Part shown: positions 1 to 17,750 of the stretch, piece after piece | Position numbering within the stretch: the stretch's first letter is position 1 | Layout: every line of letters begins with the position of its first letter | Assembly (NCBI RefSeq): GCF_009914755.1 | Contig: NC_060925.1 | From: the human T2T-CHM13v2.0 reference genome, Homo sapiens | Reading direction: 5' to 3' (one strand) | Length of the DNA stretch: 64,000 nt | Notes under the pieces: generated by a model | Told to the model about the DNA's origin: nothing | The model's database searches: none | Seen by the model: the letters and a program-made list of their open reading frames with translations, nothing else | Program-made: the position numbers and the translations under genes

Positions 1-39
1 CTGTTGGTGACTGAAACCATATTGTGCAGCACATGACTG
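1..39 (-). mobile_element. Terminal inverted repeat of a Tigger3/MER47-like TcMar DNA transposon (truncated by window edge)
   Basis: ...cacatgactg followed by TA, the reverse complement of the CAGTCATG terminus. Confidence 0.65.
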
Positions 40-165
40 TATTTGTGAGCTTCTTCAGATTTTGATGGGAAGAAAACAGTTGGATGACACAGTGACTGGC
101 AATAATTAAAGTGGAAAAGGTACCAAATTGTATCTCAATATTTGGTGTTTTTAAGTCTGGCTCTA

Positions 166-458
<293 letters not shown>

Positions 459-734
459 GGTAAGTCTTGCTCTGTAAATGAATATATCTTTCCAGTATAA
501 TTTTTTATATTTAAACTTAGCTACTTTAAAATTATTTAATCATTATTTTACGATTTAATTTTTAGTAAACAATTATTGGGTGGGAAAGCAGGCTAATTTG
601 TTGTTAAAAATTATGCTTGCAGAAAAGCTAGTGGTTTGGATCACAAGAACCCAGCTTTTATTGATGAGAATGGATTTCCACTGTAGACAAAACAAAACCA
701 ACTAAATAAACAAAAATAAAAAATACCTATGAAA

Positions 735-1058
<324 letters not shown>

Positions 1059-1504
1059 TTAAGTACAGAGTCATCAAATGAGATTCAGGAGAAATTATAT
1101 CGGTCCAATAACCGAGTGACATTGAACAAATTGCTGAATTTCTCTTTCCTCTATTACAACAGAAAATAAGTATGCACAGAATATCCACATCAGGCATTTT
1201 CTTATGACACCCTCTCCCCAAATTGAGTAAGATGTCACTATTAGATTCTTTCATAGCTCCCTGTGTTTACTCTTCTCATAGCCTGTACTTCATGGTATAT
1301 AGTCATATCTTTTTTTGTTCATACTCCTTATTGGATGCTTCTTCACAGCACAGTCTCTGTCTTGTCTATCATTATATCTCCCAGTGCTTAGCATTATTAC
1401 AGGCATTATATATCCCAGTGCCTGTGATATTTAAATAATTGCCAAATAAATAAATGAATAAACAAATATATTAATACATGGATAAAAAATAAATAAGGCA
1501 TGCG

Positions 1505-1925
1505 TTTTAATTATTTATGACTGTATGACAAAAAGCTCCAAAACTTAGAGACTAATAACAATAATTTACTATTTCTCATGATTCTGTGGGTTGCCTGGAA
1601 AGCTCTTCTGCTGTTTCACCTGAGTTCACTCATGGCGCTGCATTCAGTTGGGGGATTTCCAGGGGGTTGAGCTCAGCTGAGAAAGCTGAGGATCTGGACA
1701 TTTCTCTCTGTAGGTCTTTCATCTTCAAGTTGGCTCCTTGGACTTCTTAACGTGGTGAGAGCAATGTGCCAATGTGCAAACACTTACTGAACTCACATCA
1801 TGTTTGCTGACATCTCTTAGGCCAAAGCAAATCATTTAGCCAAGCCTAGAATAAATGTGGGAAGAAATTACACATGGGCATGAATACTGTATTTGGGAGA
1901 CCCTGAGTGTAATAATGAACCACAA
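1505..1925 (-). mobile_element. ERVL-MaLR LTR (old MLT1 type)
   Basis: Motifs tttctcatgattctgtgggtt, ggccaaagcaaatcat and gggcatgaatac are typical of MLT1G/H-class LTRs. Boundaries approximate. Confidence 0.7.
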
Positions 1926-1954
1926 ATGTCTCTACCTTAAGGGATTTCTTAATC

Positions 1955-2472
<518 letters not shown>

Positions 2473-2719
2473 TCTTAATCAAAGCAGATGAGTGAATATA
2501 CAGCAAACCTAATGAAATAAATGTTATGCCAGAGATAACAACAAACTGCTTAGGATATAGGTACAGACAGCATTAGAGCCAGGAGGTCTTATTTTGAACC
2601 TCTCTCCTTTTATTAACTGCTGTGTGACCTTAGGTAAGTTATTTAACCTGTCAAAATAGTGGCTTTATGATTCTAAAAATGGGTATAAGACCTACTTGAT
2701 ATTTATTGCAACTTCCTTC

Positions 2720-3543
<824 letters not shown>

Positions 3544-4728
3544 GGTTGCTTTCCAAGATTATTGTGAAGTTTACTAGAGACACTTTATGTAAACTTGATT
3601 CATGCTTGGGAAGTGCTTACTTAGTAAATACTAATGTTCCTTCTCTTATAATTTTTATATACAAAATAACAGATGAAACCTCCAGATGTTTTTAAAGATT
3701 CTGACTCTCTCTTAATGTTTAGTTGGCATGTAAACACAATCTTTAAACAAAAACTTCCAGTCACACTAATATACAAACATGGAAATAGATTCAGAAATGC
3801 AAAATGCATCCTATTCTTAATCACCTTTTAACAAAGACTATGATCATGTTTTAAGAATAAGTGCCTAATCCTAACCTTGGGCAAAGCATTTTACTGCCTC
3901 AGTTTCTTCATTAAGGGCCTTAGTGTCCTCATTTATAAAGTGAAGGAGTTGGATTTACGTAATTTCTAAGACTTCTTCCTTCCTTGCTTCAAAACTGTGT
4001 GTTCTTTAAACCACTAAGCAATTACCTCCCAATGCTGGCCTATACATATGCAGTCAAAGTTTATCACTGGTTTCTGGGCTTCGCTAGTGGTCTGAAATTG
4101 TGTAAAAAGAGTTGACCCTGTGTCTTTATGTACTTGTTAGTTCTCAAATAAGCTAGGATAACCACTCCCTCTCATAAAGCATGTTTTAGCTCTTTTATCG
4201 ATAATAATATATTTTCCTGACCAAATGAATATGGATCCAACACTCCTAAACACAATTCACAATTCCTCTCCCCCTTTAACACTTAAGCAAGCACTGTCAT
4301 CATTATCATTGATAACCTTTATTACACAATTATTATCTATTGAGCCCTTATATTTTCTTATTTGCATGATTTATTGCCAATTTGATTTCCACAACACCCG
4401 ATACACTTTTTTGATATGATGAGACTAAGGCTGAAAGAAGTTAAGCAAGTTATCGAAGGTCACAGAATTACCAAGTGGCAGAGTTAGATGTTGACTAGGT
4501 TTATTTGAACTGAAAGTTTCTTAACAAGTACATTAGATGACTTCTTAATAATAATAATAAGTAGTAGTAGTATTGAAAATAGTATTATCTTAGCTGAGTG
4601 CTTATTATATGCCTTTAAGTACTCTGCTGTCTTATTCATATCTGAATTCTCATAATTTACAGCTTAAACCCTATTATAACCATCATTTTATAAATGAAAA
4701 AAATTGAAGCTTGTTAATTTTAAGTGTC

Positions 4729-5046
4729 TTTTTTTTTTTTTTTTGTCTTTTTTTTGAGACAGGGTCTCACCCTGTTATCCAGGCTGGAGTGCAGTGGCAT
4801 GGTCCCGGCTCACTGCAATCTCTGCCCTCTGCCTCCCAGGCTCAAGCATCCTCCCACTTCAGCCTCCCAACTAGCTAGGACTACAGGCGTGCACCATCAT
4901 GTCTAGCTAATTTTTGTATATTATTTGGTATAAGCAAGGTTTCACCATGTTGCCCAGGCTGGTCTCAAACTAACAGGCTGAAGCCATACACCCGCCTCAG
5001 TCTCCCAAAGTGCTGGGATTACAGGCGTGAGCCACTGAGCCTGGCC
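4729..5046 (-). mobile_element. Alu (AluJb-like) inside MIR remnants
   Basis: gagacagggtctcac and ggctcaagcatcctcc (J-type); flanks taagtgtctt/taagtgtgtctt. Confidence 0.9.
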
Positions 5047-5389
5047 TAAGTGTGTCTTGACCAAAGTTATTCAGCTCCACTAGCGGAGGTGGACTGTGAA
5101 CCTCAGCAGTATGAAATCAGAGTGTTTTCACCTGCCATGCCTTATTGCCTCCTGTCTCCTGATAGTGATGATATTGAAGGAAAAACCTTGACTCTGCTTT
5201 AATTTATGGACAAAGTAATTTGTTTGCACATTTAAAAGCTGTATAAGTAACAAAGTACTTATGGCACTCCCCCACAATTGATTCTGCCCATCAGTGTGCC
5301 ACCACACCACTCCTGAGAACCACTCACACAGAGACTAACGAGTACAAATAGAGGGAAAGAATGTGTAGGTAAGAAAAGCTATGGTATGA

Positions 5390-5683
5390 AGCTGGTTGTG
5401 GTGGCTCACACCTGTAATCCCAGCACTTTGGGAGGCTGAGGTGGGCAAATCACTTGAGGCCAGGAGTTCGAGACCAGCCCAGCCAACATGGTGAAACCCC
5501 TTCTCTACTAAAAATAAAACCAGGTGTGGTGGCGTGCACCTATAGTCCCAGCTATTCTGAAGGTTGAGGTATGAGAATCACTTAAGCCCAGGAAGTGGAG
5601 GTTGTAGTGAGCCAAGATCGTGCCACTGCACTCCAGCCTGGGGGACAGAGCGAAACTCTGTCTCAAAAAGAAAAAGAAAAAAA
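5390..5683 (+). mobile_element. Alu (AluSz/Jb-like)
   Basis: Dimeric Alu with TSD aagaaaagctatggtatg/aagaaaagctttggtatg. Confidence 0.92.
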
Positions 5684-6536
5684 GAAAAGCTTTGGTATGG
5701 ACACACACTCCCCTTTTTCTCATTTTTTTTTTTTGTGTGTGTGTGTGAAGACCGTAACAACCTTTTAATTAATTTGTTTATTTTTAAGCTACTTCTGAAT
5801 AACATAACAACCTTTATTATTTTCCTGCCAAAGCCACAGAATTTCTGATCCTATTTCTATTAGGCTGGCAGTGATTATGGGAAACCACTTTATATTTCCC
5901 TTTTAAACATAACTTTCGATGTTATATAGACATTAGTTTATAATTTATGGATTTTTTTGGAAAAAAAAGTATAGCCCTTTTAAAATCTGAGTCAATCTTA
6001 TAAGTGAGCTAGAATGCCTATTGGATTTAATAAGAAAAAAATTATAAATCTAAGCAATTAATTATTAAGCACCTAACAGCCAACTGCAGCACCTGTGGGC
6101 AGAGAGGCCCTCTCCTTTGAGGAGATGAAAACTAATTGCAAAAGCAGAGATGCTGAGAAGTCACACTGGGAGGCATGGAGTGCCCGTAGCAGTTGTCATT
6201 TTCCATTTTCTGAGCCACATTAAAAGGAAAGGTAGAGATCTAAGGAAAAAGTATTTAAAACACCTTGGGAAATTTATTTAATAACCAAGCATGAAAAAAA
6301 AATGGGTAATAATGAAAGCCAGTAAGAAAAGTGGTAAGGGGATGTTTAATCTGGGTTTCAGGAACTCTGTGAGCCTTGAGGTTTTTAATCTCTGAAAGGT
6401 CACAGGTGTAGCACACAGTAGGTGCTCAAACATCATTAAAATAACCAGCTAATTGATGAATGGATGGATGGATTTTTCCCCTAAGTTTGAGAAAAGAGGA
6501 AGTTTGATATTTGTAAATATTATTGAACATAGTACC

Positions 6537-7142
<606 letters not shown>

Positions 7143-8114
7143 CACCTATACCTAAGTCCTCATATATCTTTAAAGTTTGTGCTACTTGGGTACACATATA
7201 ATTATAGAACTGTACATAGATTATACATTGTAAATATATGTACATACAAATATTAGTCATTTTAATTTCTAAAAATAAGTTACTTTTGAATGTAAAATAA
7301 CTTCCCAATTGAATGAAAATTGTACTATTTCCTATGACTCAGAAGACTACATCCAAGAAGAAGTTGGTATTCAAATCATGGGACCATACCTAGGGCCCCT
7401 CAGTTAATGTGGTGCTATAATATTCAACCTGTAAGCAGCATATCAAGGGAGGAATTTAGGTCTCTTGAGTATAGGCGAGGCACAAACCCATACTTCATAG
7501 TTCACTTTCATTTGTCTCTCTCTTTATTTCTCCCTTGGGACACATAATGATAGAAAACTAATCGAGGCTAGTGGCCACGACCTGGGGTGTGCTGGATGCA
7601 ATACGGGGGAGCCGTTAGGGCTTTCAGTGGAGATTCAAAGCCCTCGGGGACTGTATCTGGGGACAGGGCCTTGCTGGCAACTTCAGAGCTGGATATCTCT
7701 CTCATAGTAAATACAAATCAACCCTAAGCATTGGATAGACAGAGTGCTAATTAAGTCCCTAGTTATGAGAGCTCTTGCTTTATGTGTGGGAGCAGTTCTT
7801 TCCTTGGGTTTACATAGTCAAGAGCTGATAGCTTTTTAGAAATTTGTCATAAAGGTGAGTATCTCCCTGCAAGCATGGTATAAGAGTACCAAAATCCTGG
7901 AGACAATGGTTAGAGCTCATCTCCATTTCTTATTAACTATGATCTTTAGAGTGTTGTTATAGTTTACTGAGACTTTTGCTTCTCTGCAAAATGGGGCTAA
8001 TAATGGGGCTAATAATTTCTGCCCTACCTGCCTCAGAAGGTTAATCTCAGAAACAAGTGAGGAACATTTGGGCATGAGAAAACCTTTCAGGAATAAAATT
8101 ATAATTTTTTACAC

Positions 8115-8410
8115 CAGCAGTTGGCAAACTCTGGCCCACAGGTCAAATCTATCTCACTGAATGTTTCTGTATGGTCCACAAGCTAAGAATAGTTTTTACA
8201 TTTTTAAATGGTTGAGAAGAAGCATATATTATGATGTGAAAATTATATGAAATTCAAATTTCAGTGTCCAAATGAATGAGTATAAATGTTCACTTGTTTA
8301 CCTATTATCTATAGCTTATCTTATGTCTTAACACTACCATGTTAAAGTTGAGTATGGCCCATAAAATATTTTCAGTCTGGCCCTTTACAGAAAATATTTG
8401 TCAACCCCTG
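8115..8410 (+). mobile_element. MER58B-like hAT-Charlie DNA transposon
   Basis: Termini cagcagttggcaaac...tttgtcaacccctg; degenerate 8-bp TSD ttttacac/ctctacac. Confidence 0.85.
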
Positions 8411-8422
8411 CTCTACACAAGT

Positions 8423-9270
8423 GTGTAAGTCAAGGTTTTCCAGAGAAATAGAACCAGCAGGAGATATAGGTTAGGCTGTTCTTGCATTGCTACAAAAAAT
8501 ACCTAAGGCTGGGTAATTTATAAAGAAAAGAGGTTTAATTGGGTCACAGTTCTGCAGGCTTTACAGGAAGCATGGTGCTGATGTCTGCTCAGCTTCTTGT
8601 GAAGCCTCAGGGAGCTTTCAATCATGGAAGAAGGCGAAGGGGGAACAGGCACACCACATGGCAAAGGCAGGAGCAAGTGAGAGGGTGGGAGGAGGTGCCA
8701 CACATTTTTAAATGACCAGGTCTTGTGAGAACTCACTATCTCGAAGGCAGCACCAAACTACGAGGGATCCACCCTGATGACCCAAACACCTCCCACCAGG
8801 CCCCACCTCCAGCACTGGGGAATCACAGTTCAACATGAGATTTGAGTGGGGACAAATGCCCAAACTATATCAAGGTATATCTCTATATATCCTAGTATAG
8901 GATAAATACATACATATATATATATATATAAAAATATATATATAATATATATATTATATAATACACACACACACACGAGGAGAGACAGAGATTATGGGAA
9001 CTGGTTCATGCTATTATGGAGGCCAAGAAGTCCCCTGATCTGCCATTTATAAGCTGGTAGTATAATTTAGTCCAGGGCTGAAGGCCCAAGAACCAAGAGT
9101 GCAGATGTCCAAGGGCAGAAGATAGATGTACCAGTTTAGAAAGAGAGAGAATCAATCCTTCCTCCACCTTTTTGTGGTATTTGGGCCCTCAGTGAATTGG
9201 GTGATGCCTACTCATATTGGCGAGGACAGATCTTCTTTACTCAGTCATCTGAGTAAATGTTTCTCTCTCC
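8423..9270 (-). mobile_element. MLT2B-type ERVL LTR, split by an MST LTR and a (TA)n/(CA)n microsatellite
   Basis: ccagagaaatagaacc, attatggaggccaagaagtcc and atcttctttactcagtc motifs. Confidence 0.8.
8466..8872 (-). mobile_element. MSTB-like MaLR LTR nested in MLT2
   Basis: ggtaatttataaagaaaagaggtttaatt...caacatgagatttg...caaactatatca. Confidence 0.88.
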
Positions 9271-9274
9271 CAAG

Positions 9275-10440
9275 GCTTGTTCAATAGGCTCATGAATAAC
9301 CATCACGGGCCCCAGTGATACAGCAAGTATATTCATAGGCTTACCATCATGGATTTTGCTTCTGTCCTTGGGAAAGAGGTGCTATTGTCACTGGCTATCA
9401 CCACTTCTGAGCGACCAACTTGTTCTCATTGTTAACTAATCCTGGTGTTTGAATATGCAACCATATTCCTTAGGCACCCAGCTAGTCCTCAGTAACACTG
9501 GACTCCTGCAAGTGGGAAGGCAGCAGTCCATCCTCTCTGGAACAAATCTATGCCCTGGGCTCAGAGTTGCTGTCCCTGCCCACCATGCTTCATGGTTCTG
9601 CCCTCATGATCTGTAGAAGCAATGCATGCCGAGGACACCAACAGGCGTCCCACCAGCCTGGTTCTGACCAAAGAACTGACTGCTCTCTGAAAGAAGTAAG
9701 GCAATAAATGGAATTTACAGGACTTGTTCCTCCTCACTTGAAGCCACTGGCCTTACAGAACAGTAATGACAACTCACATTTACATGCTAGGCACTCCTCT
9801 AAGAACCTCCCATATGACAACTTATTTAACCCTTAAAACAGCCTTTTGAGATAATTACCATAATTATATTAATTTCTAAGAAGAGGACACTAAAGCAAGT
9901 ATGGTTAATAGACTGACTCTTGTCACTCAGTAAGTGGGGTCTGAGACTTGAACCCAGACAGTCCAGCTCCAGAGCTTGTGCTTGTAACTGCTGCTACTCA
10001 TAACCGCTACTACCCATAACCACACTGCCTACAACAGAGGAATGGAACTGCCCTTCAAAGGCCCCATTATGGTGTCTTATTAGAAAGAAAGGCAGGTGAG
10101 TTTACAGTGTGGGGGTGAAGTTTATTTTTTGAACAAGTGGTCAATCTCTGGTGCCATTTCTGCCACAGCAAGAATATACTCATATGTGAATCAAGAGGAT
10201 GGAAGCTGGAGTTATGCCCACTTCCACGTGGGAAATTTTGCTTACGTTCTCCATAACTCAGGGCTCCACTGATATAGAGGATTTAGAATCAAAGGAGGAA
10301 TCATCAAGGGGAATAAGGTAATGGCTCCACTGAATTAGCAGCTGAATTATTGGCCTATTTTAGGCTTCTCATGACAGTGGTGAAAAAGGGGAGCTCTGGA
10401 ATAGATCAGGCTGCTTGAGCTCAACTATTTCAAGGGAATA
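9275..10440 (+). mobile_element. Decayed ERVL-family internal sequence (integrase and start of dUTPase), interrupted by a MIR
   Basis: Remnant peptides AHE, TSERPTC (vs TAECPIC), SDQRT (vs SDQGTHF, 9663) and EATGLTEQ (vs EAAGLIER, 9740-9763) are collinear with recalled HERV-L integrase. Many stops and frameshifts. Confidence 0.75.
9765..10030 (-). mobile_element. MIR
   Basis: atgctaggcact, ttatttaacccttaaaacagcc, gacttgaacccagacagtc and ctccagagc MIR motifs. Confidence 0.75.
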
Positions 10441-10442
10441 TA

Positions 10443-10999
<557 letters not shown>

Positions 11000-11019
11000 C
11001 TAGGGACAGTGGGGAATCT

Positions 11020-11342
11020 ATTTCTGTGACTGGCTCCTGCAGTTTCCAGGCCAACAGTTCCCTGTGGCAGCATCAACCATCCAGTGCTGGTGGTGGTGCC
11101 GCCAGGATATCCACGACTCAGCTGTGCAGCAGTCTTCTCACCAGGTAGTCCCATTGGTGTGATTATGGTTGTGGCTCTCACTTCCTTGCCTCCATTTGTT
11201 CCTAGTCATTTTCTGACCCTGATTCTCTAAGCCCTCCCAGTGAGTCAGTGAGCTACCTGATATCTCTTTGGTTCTCTTTTCCCTGTTTATATCAGCAAGA
11301 ATCAATTTCTGATGTTGTAGCTAAGAAATCTGATTGATAACA
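11020..11342 (+). mobile_element. LTR33-like ERVL LTR, 3' part
   Basis: gccctcccagtgagtcagtgagctacc and terminal aatttctgatgttgtagctaagaaatctgattgataaca. Confidence 0.55.
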
Positions 11343-11427
11343 TGGCTGTTTAATTGATTTGTTGAAAGTGAAGTTTTCTTTCTTTTTCGTGTTTTAAAAA
11401 TTTTTTAAAATTATTTATTCATGTATT

Positions 11428-11553
11428 TTGTTTAATAGATGGGGGTCTTGCTATGTTGGCCAGGTTGGTCTTGAACTCCTGGCCTCAAGTGATCCTCCCA
11501 CTTTGGCCTCCCAAAATGCTGGGATTACAGGCATGAACCACCTTACTCTGCCT
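11428..11553 (-). mobile_element. Alu monomer (FLAM_C-like)
   Basis: Left-monomer sequence only. Confidence 0.85.
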
Positions 11554-13517
11554 CTTTTTGGTGTTTTCAGTGGGTTTCAAATATTGCCAGAGGGCAAATA
11601 CACCTTTACTAGAATGTAGGCTTTACCAAGTCTCTAGTTTATTTTAACGGCTTCCTGTCAGTGAAATTCAGGCCACACAAGTCCTGAAAAATATTCTGGG
11701 AAAGAGGCATAGCTGTTCACAAATACCATTTATTGAGGACTTACTATGAGCTAGGTATACAAAAAGTAATTTAATATGGATTTAATTCTCATTGTGTTAT
11801 CTACGTTTTACAGATAAGGAAGTCGGTATGTAGATCAGTCACACAGGGTACAATAGCAAATGACCCCGTGCTACCCAACTGCAAAGGCCTGGGATATTTC
11901 CAGTGTACTAGATCATTATTTTCATTTACTTATGTTGTCAGAAATTAAAGCAATAGATTGTGCCCTTCCAAAGTCTCCATAATACTGCTCAGCCAACTGA
12001 AGTTGAAGTTGATATCAAAGGCATCTATTTTGGAATCTATCCGCAGGATTTTGTCTAGCCAAAGGACCATAAAGACATTGATAGCTTTTTAATGTACAGT
12101 AAGGTCAGTGGCACAAACCCTGAGGTTACCTTTAAAGTGTGGCTTGGCGTTACCTAAGCTGGACCTGCCTTGCACTGGACTTGTTTATCATGCTGGATCA
12201 CCCATATACTCCTCTAAGAGAAACTTCACACCTCCATCCAGTCCCTGTAGCTGAAGCAGGCATGTTTTATAGTAATTTCCATAATTAATGAGCAAGGAAC
12301 TACTTGCCTGAAGGTCATCAATTTATAGACTGGCCTGTGGCTTATGCAGCCTGTTTTAGAAAGATGGGTCATTCAGATAGGTCTTATCTAAGTTAGGAAT
12401 TGGGAAACTGAGAAAGAGAGGGTGTTTGCAGCAGAGGTGAAGGTAAAAGCATGTTTTGATGTAAAATTGATTCAAAAGTTACATGAAAGCTAATGTTAGG
12501 AGGAGGTAAAGTTTATGCTCTCTGAAACAGAAGATGAGGAAGCCATTTGGTGGAGAGAAGAGGGTGCAAAAAATGAGCAGAGATAAATAGTGATATTCTG
12601 AGAGAGGAAGGAAAAACAGGAAGAGGAGGGAGAGAAGGGCCTGGGGCTTCCTGGATTTTCTGAATTTTCCAGGAAACTTTCGTGGATCCCTGTTCCTTAA
12701 ACTCACTATACTTTTTGAAACTCTCTTTCTCATCAACCTTTAAAAAGGAAACTTGTGAACTAATTTGTCTTTCATCTTTTTAGTTTTCCCCCATTCTTCC
12801 TCCTGTGGCCTAACTAATCCAATAGCTAGAACCAAGAGAAAAGTGAAATAGAAAGCAAGCCTGGATAATCCACAAACATAAAAATCAGACACTGAAGGGT
12901 AGAACTTGATATTTTGTGCTAAACCCTAGGCTTTTATAACCCCTCTGCTCCCCTCTGTGGATAAAGGCAGAAATGAGAGGATTTTTCATTCTATAAAATC
13001 CAAAAGCAGAAGCAAAATGAAATTCTTTTCTATGACTTTTTTTTCATGACTATGAAATGAAAACATCAGTGTACTTCCTTATAAAAAATGTGTTTTTTTT
13101 TCCTGATTCAACAACCTCCCCCACTTAAGTCTAAGGTGTTCTAAACACATACCTGGATCTTACCTCCAAAATGCCAGGCAGATGGTTTGAGTGGGAAAAG
13201 CCAGAGGGGGCAGTCATTTTTGCTATAGGTTAGCTAAAAGACTAACACCCCTCATCCACATGAATCTACTTCACACCAAAGCAAAGAAAGGGAGGGCCTC
13301 TCTTCCTTTGTGACCCGATGATAATAATCCCCTATAGCAGCTGAAGAGTTGATGGAGGCTCTGAGAATAGTTTCATCTCAGGCCATTTGGCTTTCAAAGC
13401 TCCTTCCACCAACCTGCAGAGAAGGGTCTCCTGGGCTCCTCTGTTTTTATCTCCTCCTATTTGCTATTGTTTTTCCTTGCTCAGCATTGCACAGAATATA
13501 GGTTAGCAATGAAGAAA

Positions 13518-13742
13518 CTGTGGTGCAAAGCTTAAGCCTCTGGGCTCTAGAGACAAACCTCTAGTGTTCAAACCTTGCCTGTGCCACTTACAAATAGATT
13601 GATCTCTCTGAGCTTCAGTTTCCTCATCTGTAAAAACGCAGATGATATTATTACTTTCTACCTGTAGGACTAAAAGGTACTATTTGTAGGGGTCCAGGAT
13701 AATGTCTAGCACATAGTGCACCATAATAAGTGCTTGCTAAAT
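13518..13742 (+). mobile_element. MIR
   Basis: Core ctctctgagcttcagtttcctcatctgtaaaa. Confidence 0.85.
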
Positions 13743-14074
13743 CAACGAACTTGCTCCAAGGAAAGGAGACTCCTCCACAAAAGAAAGACAGGCTGGTGGA
13801 AATAGAGCTTTCTTTGAAAAGAAATGAACTGTGCTTCTTGCTATAGTGATTTGTTTTCTTTGCAGGAAATTTCCATTTCATAATTAATCTCTACTATGCC
13901 ACTGAATATTCTAAAGTAAGAGGGTATTTCAAATAATAGGTAATGTGCTTTTGGAAAAAAGAAACATTAAAAACAGAAATGTACTGTTTAAATATAGTTT
14001 AATTTACTGCCAATTTTGGGCATGGAAATCAGCAAAAATTAAAAAAGAATGAAAGAGTTTGAGGTAGTTGTGCC

Positions 14075-14280
14075 AAAAGACCTGGGCTGAATTCCAGCTC
14101 TGCAGCCTTTTAACTATTTTACTTCTGGCAAGGCCCTTACCCCGCCCCGCCAGCTTCAGTATCTGCAAAATGGGGACACTTGTACCTGTCTCCCAAGGAG
14201 GTCCTGAGGATGAAGTAAGATAATGTGGCACAGTGGAGGCTACAGGCTATGCACTTAATGACTCAACAAGTGTTAGAATT
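14075..14280 (+). mobile_element. MIR
   Basis: gacctgggctgaattccagctctgc...atctgcaaaatgggg. Confidence 0.7.
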
Positions 14281-14454
14281 TACATTTGAAAACAGTTTCC
14301 AGCAAGCTCATACACAGAGTCCTTCAGAGTTTGGCTGAGGACCCAACAACCTCTTAAGGCACACTTCTTCTACCAAGCTGGGTCATCTGGTTTCCCACAA
14401 CTGGCTGAGATGATGGGCAGTTCAAGAACACTGCAAGGAAAAACACACTGACTA

Positions 14455-14928
<474 letters not shown>

Positions 14929-15794
14929 TCACATGATCCCAAGCCTGTTGGGCACCAAGAGATCATTCAGACTCAAGTCTGAAAGATCCTGGTAGGGTGG
15001 AATGTGCCTGCACCCCAGGAGAAAGGGACTTGGAGGAGGAAAGCACCAGATTATCTCAGGTTATTTGGAAATGAACTTCAGGAAGACTAGGAGAGAAAGA
15101 GAGGCTGCTTGAGGTCCCAGCTTCTTACAAGATCTTCAGAGATTTGAAGGGCCTGGAAGGATAACCTTATACTGACTATACAGAGGAAGAAACATTTGGA
15201 ACCTAGTTCAGGTGTGCTTCTAGCTACTGGAGGAAAAATTGAAACTGTTTCCCTTTGAAGAGGAAAAGAAGGTAAGTAATAGAAAGGGCTAGGTAGAAAC
15301 ATTTTTATTAATAATGTTTAGATTTTATTTGTTGAACAGATGCACTGTGGTGCACTGAAGGTACTAAACTCAGCTCAACTCCTGAACAGATCAGACCACC
15401 TTCTTGCAGGGACATGCAGTACAGAAGGTAGGCAGCCATTCAGCATGGAGGATTCAGAGCTTGCCTGTGGAAGCCAAGTGCCTGGGTTCAAACTCAACTC
15501 TGACTCTTACTGTTTGCATGACCCCCAGCTTAATCTAACTTAATCTCTTCTGTCTAAAAGAAACACCTTATAGCATTGGTGTGAGCATAATTGTGTTAAT
15601 ACACGTGAGGCACTTAGAAGACTGCCTGGCAAACTGCAGTATTTCCACCAATGTTAGCTATTGTCAAATACATTCCTCACATCTGTTTTATCTTCTTGTG
15701 CTTCTAGTAATAGACGATTGGGTTGCCTCAAGTCCACTCACTACAAACAATGCTGTGATTAATATTTTCATGCATTTGTTTAATATGCATTTTA

Positions 15795-16109
<315 letters not shown>

Positions 16110-16301
16110 TTAATATTTGCTGGGCAATGTTTCTTTCAGTCCTGTGCAAGAGTTTACCCAAGGCTTATGCCCAGGAACGGGTTACTTACTCACCATAGGC
16201 TGGCTATCTGCTCACAAATTTACATGTGTGCTAGCAGCTCTTGTTTCCCCAAATGTTTAACAACACTCAGTGTTATCAGACGTAAAATTTTTGCCAATCT
16301 A

Positions 16302-16573
16302 GGCTGGGCATGGTAGCTCATGCCTATAATCCTAGCACTTTGGAAGGCTGAGGAAGATTTGATTTCAGGAGTTTGAGACCAGCCTCACCAACATGGAGAA
16401 ACACCATCTCTACTAAAAATACAAAAATTAGCTGGGCGTGGTGGTGTAGAAGGCTGAGGCACAAGAATCGCTTGAGCCCGGGAGGTGGAGATTGCAGGGA
16501 GCCAAGATTGCACCACCGTACTCCAGCCTGGGTGACAGAGCAAGACTCTATCTCAAAAAAAAAAAAAAAAAAA
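16302..16573 (+). mobile_element. AluS with small internal deletions
   Basis: Alu motifs; TSD-like ttgccaatct/ttgcaaatct. Confidence 0.9.
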
Positions 16574-16899
16574 TTGCAAATCTGATTTGTGAAAAGTGGT
16601 ATCTTATTCTCAAGTCTATTGAAAGATTGAGTATGTCTTCATATCATTAGTTATTCCAATATCCTCATCTAGGAATTGCCAATATGTCTATTTTATTGCC
16701 TATATGTTATTTTTCTATGGAATTTCCTGACTTCGTTTTGTTGATTTAAAGTTGTTTTGTATATATCTTAGATATGTAGCACTTGCTAGTGTTAGATATT
16801 GGGATATTGGGAGTATCTTCTCCCAATTTACCACCTTTTAATTTTATTTTAATTAATTTATTTTCTGTTTGTGACTTTGGAGATGCCACAAGAGCCTTT

Positions 16900-17038
16900 C
16901 TGTTTTGTTTTGTTTTTTGGTAGAGATAGAGTCTTGCCATATTGCCCAGGCTCGTCTCAAACTCCTGGCCTCAAGCAATCCTCCCACCTTGGCCTCCCAA
17001 AGCACTGGGTACAGGCATGAGCCACCATGTCCAGCCCA
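16900..17038 (-). mobile_element. Alu monomer (FLAM_C-like)
   Basis: Left monomer with T-rich tail. Confidence 0.85.
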
Positions 17039-17149
17039 CTTTATCACTTTTTATTACCAATGTTCAGATTTTCTTTATTGAACAGAAATCCCGTGGTGCA
17101 CTGAAGGTACCAAACTCAGCTAAACACCTGATCAGATTGACTTAACTGT

Positions 17150-17447
17150 CCTTAATGATAAAAAGAAGCATACCTATTTTTGGACATAAATGTTATTTAT
17201 CTCAGTCTCCACTGCTCTTCTACATACAACATCTAGCATTCTTTCAAAAATCATAAGACAGAAAAATCAAGGGGAAGACATAAAACAATCAAAGATCTGA
17301 TTCAGATATGACTCAGCCGTTTAAACTATCAGGCAGGAACTTTAAATAACTATGAGTAGCATGCTAAAAGATCTGCTTGGAAGGAGAGCAAGAGGCATTG
17401 AGCGATTTCAGCAGAGAGATGGAAACCATAATTAAGAGTCAAAAATT
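17150..17447 (+). mobile_element. Old L1M 5'/ORF1 fragment
   Basis: ggacataaatgttatttatctcagtctc, ttcagatatgactcag and atttcagcagagagatggaaacc motifs. Confidence 0.6.

Positions 17448-17750
<303 letters not shown>

Noticed and set aside
7617-7644. 8-bp stem hairpin agggcttt...aaagccct
   Set aside because: Expected by chance in 64 kb, with no ncRNA hallmarks.
12130-12780. Possible ancient LTR-like segment
   Set aside because: Purine-rich and LTR-like, but I could not assign a family or termini.
13198-13216. CTCF-like gccagagggggcag
   Set aside because: Only the right half matches the CTCF core, which is too weak to call.
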